Below are positions 1-8,776 of a stretch of 42,740 bases of DNA, one piece after another (the stretch's first letter is position 1; every line of letters starts with the position of its first letter). Under the pieces are notes generated by a model, which was not told the origin of the DNA, did no database searches, and saw only the letters and a list, made by a program, of their open reading frames with translations. Source of the stretch: an uncultured bacterium (GTDB taxonomy: Bacteria > Cyanobacteriota > Vampirovibrionia > Gastranaerophilales > Gastranaerophilaceae); assembly GCA_902802935.1 (NCBI GenBank), contig CADCNZ010000089.1:1-42740 (forward strand), given 5' to 3'. Made by a program: the position numbers and the translations under genes.

Positions 1-1
1 C

Positions 2-1225
2 GAAAAAATTATTTCTGAACACGCCGGTAAAATTGTCCATGCAGGAGAATTAGTAATCTCAAAAGTTGATGTGACAGCTGTTCAAGACGGAACAGGCCCT
101 CTTACGGTTCAGGAATTCAAGAAACTCGGAAAAACAAAACTATATAATCCGGAAAGAACTATTCTTTTTATCGACCACGCTTCTCCCAGTCCGAGAAAAG
201 AACTTTCTAACACCCATATGGTTCTTAGAGAATTTCATAAAGAATACGGTGCAGTCCTTTCTGATACAGGAGCAGGAGTTTGTCATCAAAGGTTAGTAGA
301 AACATTTGTAAACCCATGTGAAATTCTAATCGGAGCTGATTCCCATACTTGTACATCAGGCGCTCTCGGAGCTTTTGCAACAGGCATGGGTTCTACTGAT
401 ATTGCTGTCGGTATGGCACTTGGTAAAACTTGGCTAAAAGTTCCTGCCACATTCAAAATTGTAGTCAATGGTAAGTTTAAAGACGGAATTTGTTCAAAAG
501 ATTTAATGCTGCATCTTATCGGTATGATTGGAGCAGACGGTGCTACATATAAAGCTTTAGAGTTTACTGGTGACACAATTGAAAATATGTCAATGTCAGA
601 AAGATTTACTCTCGCTAATATGGCAGTCGAAGCCGGCGCTAAATGCGGACTCTTTATAGCTGACGACAAGACAAAAGCGTTCCTTAAAGAAAGAAGGAGA
701 GAAGATAAATTCAGACAAATTCTTCCTGACTCTGATGCAGAATATGAAAGAATTATTGAAGTTAATGCAGAGGATGTTCCTCATACGGTTTCCTGTCCGC
801 ATACGGTTGATAACACTAAAGGGGTAAATGAATTAGCTAATGTGAAAGTTAATCAGGTCTATGTCGGAACTTGCACAAACGGACGTATTGAAGATTTAAG
901 AATCGTTGCAGAAATTTTAAAAGGAAACAAAGTTCATCCTGATGTCAGAATGTTAATCTGCCCTGCATCAAGAGATGTTTACAAGCAGGCACTAAAAGAA
1001 GGTTTAATAGATATTTTTGTAGACTCAAATGCTTCAATTTTACCTCCTGGGTGCGGGCCTTGTGTAGGAGTTCATGCAGGAATTCTCGGTGATGGTGAAG
1101 TTTGTCTTGCTACTCAAAACCGAAATTTTCAGGGCAGAATGGGTAATACTAAAGGCTTTATTTACTTAGCTTCACCTTATGTTGCAGCTTACACAGCATT
1201 AAGAGGATATATTTCAGCAGATTAA
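2..1225 (+). CDS. leuC: 3-isopropylmalate dehydratase / homoaconitase-family large subunit (short LeuC/HacA type), 5'-truncated by window edge
   Basis: Aconitase-family motifs DH, GADSHTCT, GTCTNGR, PGCGPC, NRNF.GRMG; frame is open back to base 2 (EKIISEHAG...), so the start lies outside the window. Confidence 0.85.
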   Translation, partial: EKIISEHAGKIVHAGELVISKVDVTAVQDGTGPLTVQEFKKLGKTKLYNPERTILFIDHASPSPRKELSNTHMVLREFHKEYGAVLSDTGAGVCHQRLVETFVNPCEILIGADSHTCTSGALGAFATGMGSTDIAVGMALGKTWLKVPATFKIVVNGKFKDGICSKDLMLHLIGMIGADGATYKALEFTGDTIENMSMSERFTLANMAVEAGAKCGLFIADDKTKAFLKERRREDKFRQILPDSDAEYERIIEVNAEDVPHTVSCPHTVDNTKGVNELANVKVNQVYVGTCTNGRIEDLRIVAEILKGNKVHPDVRMLICPASRDVYKQALKEGLIDIFVDSNASILPPGCGPCVGVHAGILGDGEVCLATQNRNFQGRMGNTKGFIYLASPYVAAYTALRGYISAD

Positions 1226-1250
1226 ATTTTTCTGTGAAAGAGAGGGAATT

Positions 1251-1751
1251 ATGAATTTATTATTGTTAAAACAAATATCTGTTATAAGTGCGTTTATGGG
1301 GGTTGTTGGGGGCACAATTGCTTTAATACCGCCTTTTACTCTCATTATGCTTTTGTCTGCATTTATTTTTCCGGCTATTATTGTGCTTGTGTATTTAAAG
1401 AAAAATGATTTGATAGGAATTATCAATACAAGAGAAGGTGCAATATTTGGCGCCATTATAGGCTTTGTTTCTTTTATAGCATCTTTTGTTATATATGCTC
1501 CTGTTAGTGTCATACTTGCATGGATTGTCAAATTGATTTCCGGAGCTTTCTATATTCCAGGATTTTTAAGACTACTTCCTTTTGATATGGGTACTATAAT
1601 TGTATTACTATTTTCTGTAGTTTTCCTTGCTGCAATAAGTGCTATATTTAACGGATTTTGGGGACTAGTTACAGCTTATGTATTTGAAATAATTACCGGA
1701 ATAAAAAAGGAAAATAATGAAAATACAAGTATTGATTTTGAAATAAAGTAG
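1251..1751 (+). CDS. Integral membrane protein, unknown function
   Basis: 166 aa, about 4 hydrophobic segments, GAGGGA RBS upstream. Confidence 0.75.
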   Translation: MNLLLLKQISVISAFMGVVGGTIALIPPFTLIMLLSAFIFPAIIVLVYLKKNDLIGIINTREGAIFGAIIGFVSFIASFVIYAPVSVILAWIVKLISGAFYIPGFLRLLPFDMGTIIVLLFSVVFLAAISAIFNGFWGLVTAYVFEIITGIKKENNENTSIDFEIK

Positions 1752-1828
1752 AGCAAGGGGTATATATAGGGGTAAATTATCAGAAATAACCCAAACAGTA
1801 AATTACTTCAAAATTAGAGAGGTGAAAA

Positions 1829-2887
1829 ATGGCATTTGAATCAAAAATCAGACCTATTTATTGGGAAAACGGTGTGTCTAAAATGTTAGACCAAACAATA
1901 ATTCCTTATGAATACAAATATGTTGATATTACAAGCGGTCAGCAGATGTTTGACGCGATAAAAACAATGATAGTAAGAGGTGCTCCAGCAATAGGAATCG
2001 CAGGTGCTCAAGGTGTCGTTCTATACGCTCAAGAAGGCAGGGGGGGTAAATATAAGGATATTGGCGAATTTAAGAGCTGGTTGACAGAAAAAGCCGACTA
2101 TATGGCAACCTCTCGTCCTACAGCAGTTAACCTTATGTGGGCTTGTGCAGAACAGAAAAAAGTTATTGAAAATTCAACCTCCGACATAGAAGGTTTAATA
2201 AAAGAATTAACCGATAAAGCTATTGAAATTGAGCTTGATGATATTGAACGCTGTAAAAAAATCGGTGACTTTGGTGCCGAAGTTGTACCAAAAGGTGCAA
2301 CAATCCTAACTCACTGCAACGCAGGTGCGCTTGCTACAGGCGGTTACGGAACAGCTCTTGGCGTTGTTCGTTCTGCTTATGACAAAGACAACACAATCCA
2401 AGTTTTTGCAGACGAAACCCGTCCTCGTCAGCAAGGTGCAAGACTTACAACTTTTGAGCTTGCAATGGACGGAATTCCTGTAACATTGATTACAGACGGA
2501 ATGTGTTCATATTTTATGAACAAAGGGATGATTGATATGGTTGTTGTAGGCGCAGACAGAATTGCTGCAAACGGTGATGCCGCAAACAAAATCGGGACAT
2601 ATACAGTAGCCATTGCAGCAAAATACCATAATATTCCGTTCTACGTTGCAGCTCCTTTATCAACAATAGATACCTCTATAGCGACAGGCAAAGAAATCAC
2701 TATTGAAGAGCCTTCACACGAAGAAGTTACTCATATAAACGGAAAACGCATTTGCGCAGAGGGTATAAATATTATTAACCCGGGGTTTGATGTAACTCCG
2801 CACGAATTGATTACCGGAATAATAACCGAAAAAGGGATTTTAAGACCCGATTATAATAAATCAATTTTAGAAGCATTTAAAAAATAA
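1829..2887 (+). CDS. mtnA: S-methyl-5-thioribose-1-phosphate isomerase
   Basis: VRGAPAIG, SRPTAVNL, LTHCNAGALAT, ETRP..QG.RLT, GADRIAANGD.ANKIGTY, NP.FDVTP motifs; GAGGTG RBS. Confidence 0.95.
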   Translation: MAFESKIRPIYWENGVSKMLDQTIIPYEYKYVDITSGQQMFDAIKTMIVRGAPAIGIAGAQGVVLYAQEGRGGKYKDIGEFKSWLTEKADYMATSRPTAVNLMWACAEQKKVIENSTSDIEGLIKELTDKAIEIELDDIERCKKIGDFGAEVVPKGATILTHCNAGALATGGYGTALGVVRSAYDKDNTIQVFADETRPRQQGARLTTFELAMDGIPVTLITDGMCSYFMNKGMIDMVVVGADRIAANGDAANKIGTYTVAIAAKYHNIPFYVAAPLSTIDTSIATGKEITIEEPSHEEVTHINGKRICAEGINIINPGFDVTPHELITGIITEKGILRPDYNKSILEAFKK

Positions 2888-2898
2888 AAGGAGTGTTT

Positions 2899-3183
2899 AT
2901 GAAAAAGATTTTTATTATTACGATTTTGCTAAGCTTTTTGTCAGTAAGCTCTCCTGTTTTAGCAGGAACTCACGGTGTAAACGGAAATGTAAGCGGACGT
3001 TCTGTGGGAGCAGGTTTACTATCACTCCTTATATGGCCTGGGATTGGGCAAGCTGTTAACAATTGCAGCTATGAAAAAAATGTAACTCATGCCGTTTTAG
3101 GTTTAACAGGTATATTCAGGATTTGGTCTTGCTATGATGCTGTTGTTGACAGAAAAGGCGGAGTTTGGAAAAATAGAATATAA
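2899..3183 (+). CDS. Small exported/membrane protein
   Basis: AGGAG RBS, signal-peptide-like MKKIFIITILLSFLSVSSPVLA, hydrophobic LLSLLIWPGIGQ segment. Confidence 0.7.
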   Translation: MKKIFIITILLSFLSVSSPVLAGTHGVNGNVSGRSVGAGLLSLLIWPGIGQAVNNCSYEKNVTHAVLGLTGIFRIWSCYDAVVDRKGGVWKNRI

Positions 3184-3197
3184 TTATCAAATTTTAT

Positions 3198-3231
3198 AAA
3201 AAAACAGGTCATTTAAAATGACTTGTTTTTT
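3198..3231. terminator. Bidirectional intrinsic terminator
   Basis: aaaaaacaggtcat/atgacttgtttttt inverted repeat between convergent genes. Confidence 0.8.
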
Positions 3232-4165
3232 AATACATACAACTTTTTATGGCTTCCATCATGGATTCCGGATTGGCTATATTTTTACCAGCTATATCAA
3301 ATGCCGTTCCATGGCTTGGAGATGTTCTTATTATATCCAAGCCTATTGTCATATTGACGGTCTTTTCCGATGCAACTGTTTTAATCGGAATCAAACCTTG
3401 ATCGTGATAGCAAGCAATATAGCAATCATAAGGGACTTTGTCGCCTTTCAAATAATTTTGTACTCCGCTTACAAACAACGTATCGGCAGGCAAAGGGTTG
3501 GTAATGTTAATCCCTCTATTCCTTATAGCTTCTATTGCAGGAACCATTATTGTTTCTTCTTCTTTACCCAATAACCCGTTTTCGCCTGCATGCGGATTAA
3601 CAGCACAGAGTGCAAAAGAAGGCTTTTTAATATACAATTTATTCTGAAAATAACTTCTCAATCTCTCGACCTTCTCTATTATCATTTCTTTTGTTAATGT
3701 TTTAGACACGTCTTTTATTGGTATATGACGTGTTAACAGTAAAACTCTAAAATCTTTTGATACAAATAGCATTTCTGCTTTTTGTCCGTCACGAGCAAGA
3801 AAATGTTCCAAAACTTCTGTCTGTCCGCTATATTTATGTCCAGCAATATTCATTGCTTCCTTTGAAGTTGGTGCAGTAACTATGTATTTAGGTTTGATTT
3901 CACAAGCCTTTTGGAGAAGTCTAAATGAAAAATCACCGGCTTCTTTTGAAACTTCTCCCGGTCTTATTTTTGCATCATAATCTACGTCTATAATTTCATA
4001 ATTATCCTGCAGTTTACCATATTTATTTAACACTTTTGAATTCGTTATTATGACAATATCCCGAGTTGGTAAATTTAACAAATTTAAAGCTTTGATTACT
4101 ATTTCAGCACCAATCCCATTCGGATCTCCTGTTGTAATTGCAATTTTATTTGAATAACTTTCCAT
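3230..4165 (-). CDS. pdxA: PdxA-family dehydrogenase (4-hydroxythreonine-4-phosphate / D-threonate-4-phosphate dehydrogenase)
   Basis: IAITTGDP.GIG.E, GQTE, NPHAGE.G..G.EE, PADTLF, YHDQGLIP, RTSPSHGTAFDIAG; start reassigned to ATG 4165, just after the upstream kinase stop. Confidence 0.92.
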   Translation of the reverse strand: MESYSNKIAITTGDPNGIGAEIVIKALNLLNLPTRDIVIITNSKVLNKYGKLQDNYEIIDVDYDAKIRPGEVSKEAGDFSFRLLQKACEIKPKYIVTAPTSKEAMNIAGHKYSGQTEVLEHFLARDGQKAEMLFVSKDFRVLLLTRHIPIKDVSKTLTKEMIIEKVERLRSYFQNKLYIKKPSFALCAVNPHAGENGLLGKEEETIMVPAIEAIRNRGINITNPLPADTLFVSGVQNYLKGDKVPYDCYIACYHDQGLIPIKTVASEKTVNMTIGLDIIRTSPSHGTAFDIAGKNIANPESMMEAIKSCMY

Positions 4166-4167
4166 GT

Positions 4168-5499
4168 TTATACCTCGTGACACACAAAATAGTTTAATAT
4201 ATCTATCAATGTTTTGGTATTTCCTAAATTGCCTGATTTTGTAACTATCCATCTGTTATTTATATCAGAACAAAGTGATATTGCCGGAGCAACTTCATCA
4301 ACAAGTGTTAGTTCTTTTGATTCAATTTTAGAGCAACATTTATAGGAAGTTTCTCCTCCCAATGTTATTAAAATAACTTGTATTTCATCCAATACCCTCT
4401 TTGTCAACTCTGCCAGAAAATCCGTTATCATAACCGCAAGTTTTTCTCTTGTTAATTCTGCAGATAAAGAATCGTCGCTAAATCCGTCAAAGTTAGTTAT
4501 TAAATGTGATGTGTGAACACAGACATTAACACCACTTTTCAAGTTCGTAATAATTCTTGAAACAAGTTCATCATCGATTCCGCAAACAATATCTCTTGTT
4601 TCGAGAGGAATAAAATTAATATTGTCAAAATCATCTGACTGTTCTAACTTTGCAATTTGTTCTGCTGTTATTTGAGTAGCTGTTCCTGATACTATAAACT
4701 TTGGCAATTTTTCTACTTTTACAATACCGTCATTCAAATTCCATTTTTTTGTCTCGGAATTCTCTATGTCAGAAAGCCATATTTTACCCATCACCTGTGC
4801 TCCTGCAGCAGTTCCTGCCGGCAAAATATTTTTATCACATTTATTTATAGCAAGAGCTATTTGTTCTATATCAGTTATTGATGTCGAATCTGCAACTATC
4901 AGTTTCTTACCTTCTCTAATCAACTCATTAATTTTTAATAGTATAGGCCCTGCACCGTTCATAACTGTTTTTAAGTCTATCACTCCAACAAGTTCTTTTT
5001 GAGAATCTTCCAATTGACTTGCCAGTAAAGTCGGTATATGAGATTCTAAAATTGGAGAATGCGGATCCATTGCAATTTCTGTTCTTCCAATTGGTATACC
5101 CTTTAAAAGATGGTACCCGCCAACCGTTATTCGTCCTTCTTGAGGAAATGCCGGTATAATTATAGATGCATCAAAATTTAAAAATTCCAACATTGTTAAT
5201 GTTTCTGCGGCAATATGTCCTCTTAAAGTAGAATCAATTTTTTTGTAATAGTATTCAAAAGAAAAATTTTCAGCAAAAATTTTCACAGTTTCTTTAACTT
5301 TTACTATAGCATCTTCTTCTGAACAATTTCTTGATTCTGACGATATTGCCCACACTTCCGCATAATTATTTTTATCAGGGAGAGTTGCTTTTTCCAACAA
5401 AATCTTAGTCTTTGCACCCTGTGTATGAAATTGCAGAGCTGTATCATTAGCCCCTGTCAAATCATCAGCAATAATTCCTACTAAATCCGTAAAAATCAT
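4168..5499 (-). CDS. Four-carbon acid sugar kinase family protein (DUF1537, DtnK-like)
   Basis: IADDLTGANDT, YYKKIDSTLRG, PAFP..GR, GGETS, TKSGNLG motifs; adjacent to pdxA-family gene. Confidence 0.9.
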   Translation of the reverse strand: MIFTDLVGIIADDLTGANDTALQFHTQGAKTKILLEKATLPDKNNYAEVWAISSESRNCSEEDAIVKVKETVKIFAENFSFEYYYKKIDSTLRGHIAAETLTMLEFLNFDASIIIPAFPQEGRITVGGYHLLKGIPIGRTEIAMDPHSPILESHIPTLLASQLEDSQKELVGVIDLKTVMNGAGPILLKINELIREGKKLIVADSTSITDIEQIALAINKCDKNILPAGTAAGAQVMGKIWLSDIENSETKKWNLNDGIVKVEKLPKFIVSGTATQITAEQIAKLEQSDDFDNINFIPLETRDIVCGIDDELVSRIITNLKSGVNVCVHTSHLITNFDGFSDDSLSAELTREKLAVMITDFLAELTKRVLDEIQVILITLGGETSYKCCSKIESKELTLVDEVAPAISLCSDINNRWIVTKSGNLGNTKTLIDILNYFVCHEV

Positions 5500-5573
5500 A
5501 ATTAAACAAATTAAGTAACACGTATTCAGCAAACATTTTTTGCATAGATAAAATTACTTAATTATAAATCCCC

Positions 5574-5903
5574 CTATCCTTCAGCATCTTTTTTGGAACC
5601 CAATAATCTGACCTGATTTGCTATAACCAAAAAGCGTTCTCTTTCTTCACCCGTTTGGTCAGTCCATTTGCTTATTGAGATTCGTCCGTCTACTACAACT
5701 TGACGTCCTTTTTTAATATATTCTCCTGCGAACTCAGCCTGTTTGTCCCATACTTCTATATTATACCAGTCTGTTACTTCAGCCTTTGTTTTAGAATCCC
5801 ATCTGCCAACTGCTAAAGAAAATGTTGTTTTGACTTTTCCTGATTCAAAATACTTTATTTCAGCATCTTGACCTGCTCGTCCTATGATAGTTGCAGTATT
5901 CAT
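5574..5903 (-). CDS. ssb: Single-stranded DNA-binding protein (short form)
   Basis: OB-fold motifs IIGRAGQD.E, TDWYNIEVW, KKGRQVVVDGR; AGGAG RBS. Confidence 0.92.
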   Translation of the reverse strand: MNTATIIGRAGQDAEIKYFESGKVKTTFSLAVGRWDSKTKAEVTDWYNIEVWDKQAEFAGEYIKKGRQVVVDGRISISKWTDQTGEERERFLVIANQVRLLGSKKDAEG

Positions 5904-5957
5904 TTATATCTCCTTTTTTGTCTGCCTTAAAATAAATTATAGCATAAAATATATTAA

Positions 5958-6716
5958 CTATTTTAAATATTGATCAACCCAAGATTTTATAAAACTAATT
6001 AATGATTTATCTTTTTTAAGCATAATCATACCGGATGAACGAGATTCTGAAATATAAATTGCAAATTGTGATTGTGCAAATTTTTTCAAATATTCTTGGG
6101 CATTTTGTCCTTGTGTATCACCGTCACCCGATATAGTTAGAATATCTATATTATCCAATTCTGCAAGTTTTACCGGAATATAAAGTCCTTTTGTGCTGAC
6201 TACCGGAGATAACATAACTATTGTTTTTGGTTTATATGCAATTTTATTAGCAACAAGAATTCCTGTGCTTGCACCGATATCAGAACCTACAATTGCCCAA
6301 TTATTAAAAAATTCTTTTTTATTATCACTTTTCACTTGTTCAATTACTTTTATTACATCAGTCGGATATTTTGAGTAAGCTGTGTTGGTCATACTTTTCC
6401 ATGACAATCTTACGAGTTTTGAGTTATAAACACTTGCCCCGTGCCCTCTAAGATCAATCTTCAAAACAGCATAACCGTTATCTAAAAATTCTTCCGGTAA
6501 ACCTTCCCACCACTCAGATGAATACCCTAGCGAATGAAGAAATACAACTGTAGAATATTCCTTTTGTTTGCTTTTCGGGTACTCCAATGTTGCACACATG
6601 CTAAAACCGTCTGTTGTAAGCACCTTCATGTCTTTTTTTACAGTCTTTTCCGGCGCTGCAATTGATGCATTTATAAAAAACAAAAATAGTGTTAAAATAA
6701 TAGTTAATCTTTTCAT
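5958..6716 (-). CDS. Secreted alpha/beta-hydrolase-fold protein with non-canonical catalytic residues
   Basis: Signal peptide from ATG 6716; VVFLH, DLRGHG.S and elbow GSDIGA. Confidence 0.8.
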   Translation of the reverse strand: MKRLTIILTLFLFFINASIAAPEKTVKKDMKVLTTDGFSMCATLEYPKSKQKEYSTVVFLHSLGYSSEWWEGLPEEFLDNGYAVLKIDLRGHGASVYNSKLVRLSWKSMTNTAYSKYPTDVIKVIEQVKSDNKKEFFNNWAIVGSDIGASTGILVANKIAYKPKTIVMLSPVVSTKGLYIPVKLAELDNIDILTISGDGDTQGQNAQEYLKKFAQSQFAIYISESRSSGMIMLKKDKSLISFIKSWVDQYLK

Positions 6717-6722
6717 ACAAAC

Positions 6723-6751
6723 ATTATACCACATAAAGGTTTTTGTTACAA
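6723..6751 (-). promoter_or_regulatory. sigma70-type promoter, probably leaderless
   Basis: TTGTAA-17 nt-TATAAT with extended TG, 6 nt before ATG 6716, no SD. Confidence 0.65.
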
Positions 6752-6822
6752 TTCTTAATATAAAAGTCAATTATTTACCAAAGATATACTTTATATATAT
6801 AAGAATAAAATTAAGGAGAGCT

Positions 6823-7731
6823 ATGTCTATAGTCATTGATGCTAATATGAAACTATTTGCGGATAGGATGAATATCTCTTCCTCAAGAATGATTCAAGAT
6901 TACGGTTTAAAAACAGTAGATGAAATCATTCAGGCAGAGGCAGCTAAAGGCAATCAACAAGCTATTAATTATGCAAGAGAGCTATATAACTCGCCTGCTA
7001 AACTTATTAATGTTTTTAAACTCAATGATATTGAAAACAAATTTGTAATACTTCACAAAATGGACGAGAATACAAGACTAAAAATACTTCCTCTTTTAGA
7101 CAAAAATGACCTTGTTATGGGATTATATTTTTTCACTCAGGAAAAGTTATTAGAAATATTAAAAGAGGTTGATATAGCTGAACTTGTAAATGTTGTACTT
7201 GGAGCATTTCCACTTCCTGATATAATTTCTATGTTTACGGAAGATGATTTAGCAGGCTTTTTCCAAAGCGACAAATTAGATAAAAACGATGTTGTAAAAC
7301 AAATGCAAGCATTACCTCCCGATGTAATGATAAAATTTATAGAAGGAGTTACCGGACGCCCATCAAAAGAAACAAATCCGGAGGATTTAATAAATTCAAT
7401 TGCTGCACTTCCGGATGATAAATTCAGAGATTTTATGTCTTCTATAGATCCTGATGTTCAAAGACAGTTAACTTTTCAGCTGACAAAAGATAATTTAGAG
7501 TATTTACAGCTATTTAATCCGCAAACTTATGTAAATATGCTTGGCACAATGATGAAACAAGATATGGTAAAACCTATGATTAATTTGGAAAAAGAAACTC
7601 TTGTTTCTATAAATTCTTTACTTCCTGATGATTTAATGGCAATTGTCGGAGCTCAAGTAGATACAAAAATGTTTGCTAATTTTCTTTTAGACGGTCATTT
7701 GGAACTTTTAGAAGAAGCTCTTATGATTTAA
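6823..7731 (+). CDS. Hypothetical alpha-helical protein (MgtE-N/FliG-like short helical repeats)
   Basis: AAGGAGAG RBS before ATG 6823; repeated L/M..L.P/D.D helical units. Confidence 0.75.
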   Translation: MSIVIDANMKLFADRMNISSSRMIQDYGLKTVDEIIQAEAAKGNQQAINYARELYNSPAKLINVFKLNDIENKFVILHKMDENTRLKILPLLDKNDLVMGLYFFTQEKLLEILKEVDIAELVNVVLGAFPLPDIISMFTEDDLAGFFQSDKLDKNDVVKQMQALPPDVMIKFIEGVTGRPSKETNPEDLINSIAALPDDKFRDFMSSIDPDVQRQLTFQLTKDNLEYLQLFNPQTYVNMLGTMMKQDMVKPMINLEKETLVSINSLLPDDLMAIVGAQVDTKMFANFLLDGHLELLEEALMI

Positions 7732-8437
7732 AAACGGCTCTTACATAGTAATTATCATCATTTGTCAATTTATTTATTAAATTTGGCATTATATTATTTT
7801 GTTTTATTATTTCAGCGGTTTTTTCACGAATTGTGTATTCTTTTTGTGCTGCGCTTTTTGCTAAAATTTCTTCTAAATCATGGTTATTTGCATATTGAGC
7901 AAAATTAATAAGAGTTTCCAAACACCAATAAAGCTTAAATAATTGTTTATTTATAACATATTTTTTGTCTCGAAAAATAAATTTATCCAGCTCTGATAAC
8001 GCTTCTTTTGCATAATTAATAATGTATTTTGTGTAATCGTCTCTAAAAATTTTGTATTGTTTTAAAATATTTGCCGTATCAACTATTATTCTGCATATAT
8101 TACCATTAATATCAATTGTTGCATTTGAAAAAACTTCAGAAGAAATACCTGCAAAAATTTTTGCAGCAGATATATCTTCCTTTATAATTCTGTTTATAGT
8201 AAGAGCCGCAGCTTCACGGATTTTTCCGTCACATCCTGTCAAGTTTGAGAGCAAAGCGATTGCATCTTCTTCCGTTTTTACAAAATCAAATTTTAATGCT
8301 GCAATCTGTTTTTCCGCAACTGTACCTTCTCGAAGCAACTTCAGCAATTCCTCATGTGAAAAAGTTTTATCACACAAATTACAAGCTTCAGCAAAGTTTT
8401 TATCTAAATTTGTATTCAAATTTTCCATTTTATACAT
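7721..8437 (-). CDS. HEAT/ARM-repeat-like protein
   Basis: DGKIREAAAL, EYTIREKTA, DDNYYVRA units; 3' end overlaps the convergent gene by 11 nt. Confidence 0.7.
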   Translation of the reverse strand: MYKMENLNTNLDKNFAEACNLCDKTFSHEELLKLLREGTVAEKQIAALKFDFVKTEEDAIALLSNLTGCDGKIREAAALTINRIIKEDISAAKIFAGISSEVFSNATIDINGNICRIIVDTANILKQYKIFRDDYTKYIINYAKEALSELDKFIFRDKKYVINKQLFKLYWCLETLINFAQYANNHDLEEILAKSAAQKEYTIREKTAEIIKQNNIMPNLINKLTNDDNYYVRAVFKS

Positions 8438-8545
8438 ACTGTATCCAATCTTACCACAATGTTCAATGTTTTTGGAGCATAAAATAGTTTTAATGAAGGA
8501 TAAATAAGAAAGTATTATGTGTAAAATATATAGTTAGGAGAAGCT

Positions 8546-8713
8546 ATGAACATGTTGAAAAATATTATAAATAAGATTTTATTATTTGAAAAAGAACCGC
8601 AAAGAATAGGACTTTCTCAATTCAAAGAGCCTGTAACAATTAAGGCAAAACCAGCTCCTTCCATAAAAAATAAAAATGTTAAACTGTCTGACTTGATGCG
8701 CAGAGCAAGCTAA
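8546..8713 (+). CDS. Unannotated 55-aa basic small protein
   Basis: TTAGGAG RBS; MNMLKNIINKILLFEKEPQRIGLSQFKEPVTIKAKPAPSIKNKNVKLSDLMRRAS; extended -10-like TGTGTAAAAT upstream. Confidence 0.6.
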   Translation: MNMLKNIINKILLFEKEPQRIGLSQFKEPVTIKAKPAPSIKNKNVKLSDLMRRAS

Positions 8714-8776
8714 TGGACAGGTGTAAATTTAAAAACAGAACTGCCACTCTAAGCTCGTCAGTAATTTAGAATTTCA

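Noticed and set aside
4166..4252. Longer pdxA start
   Set aside because: Overlaps the kinase gene; family similarity begins after ATG 4165
6568..6822. N-terminal extension of the 387-aa ORF
   Set aside because: Overlaps the divergent hydrolase gene; strong SD at ATG 6823
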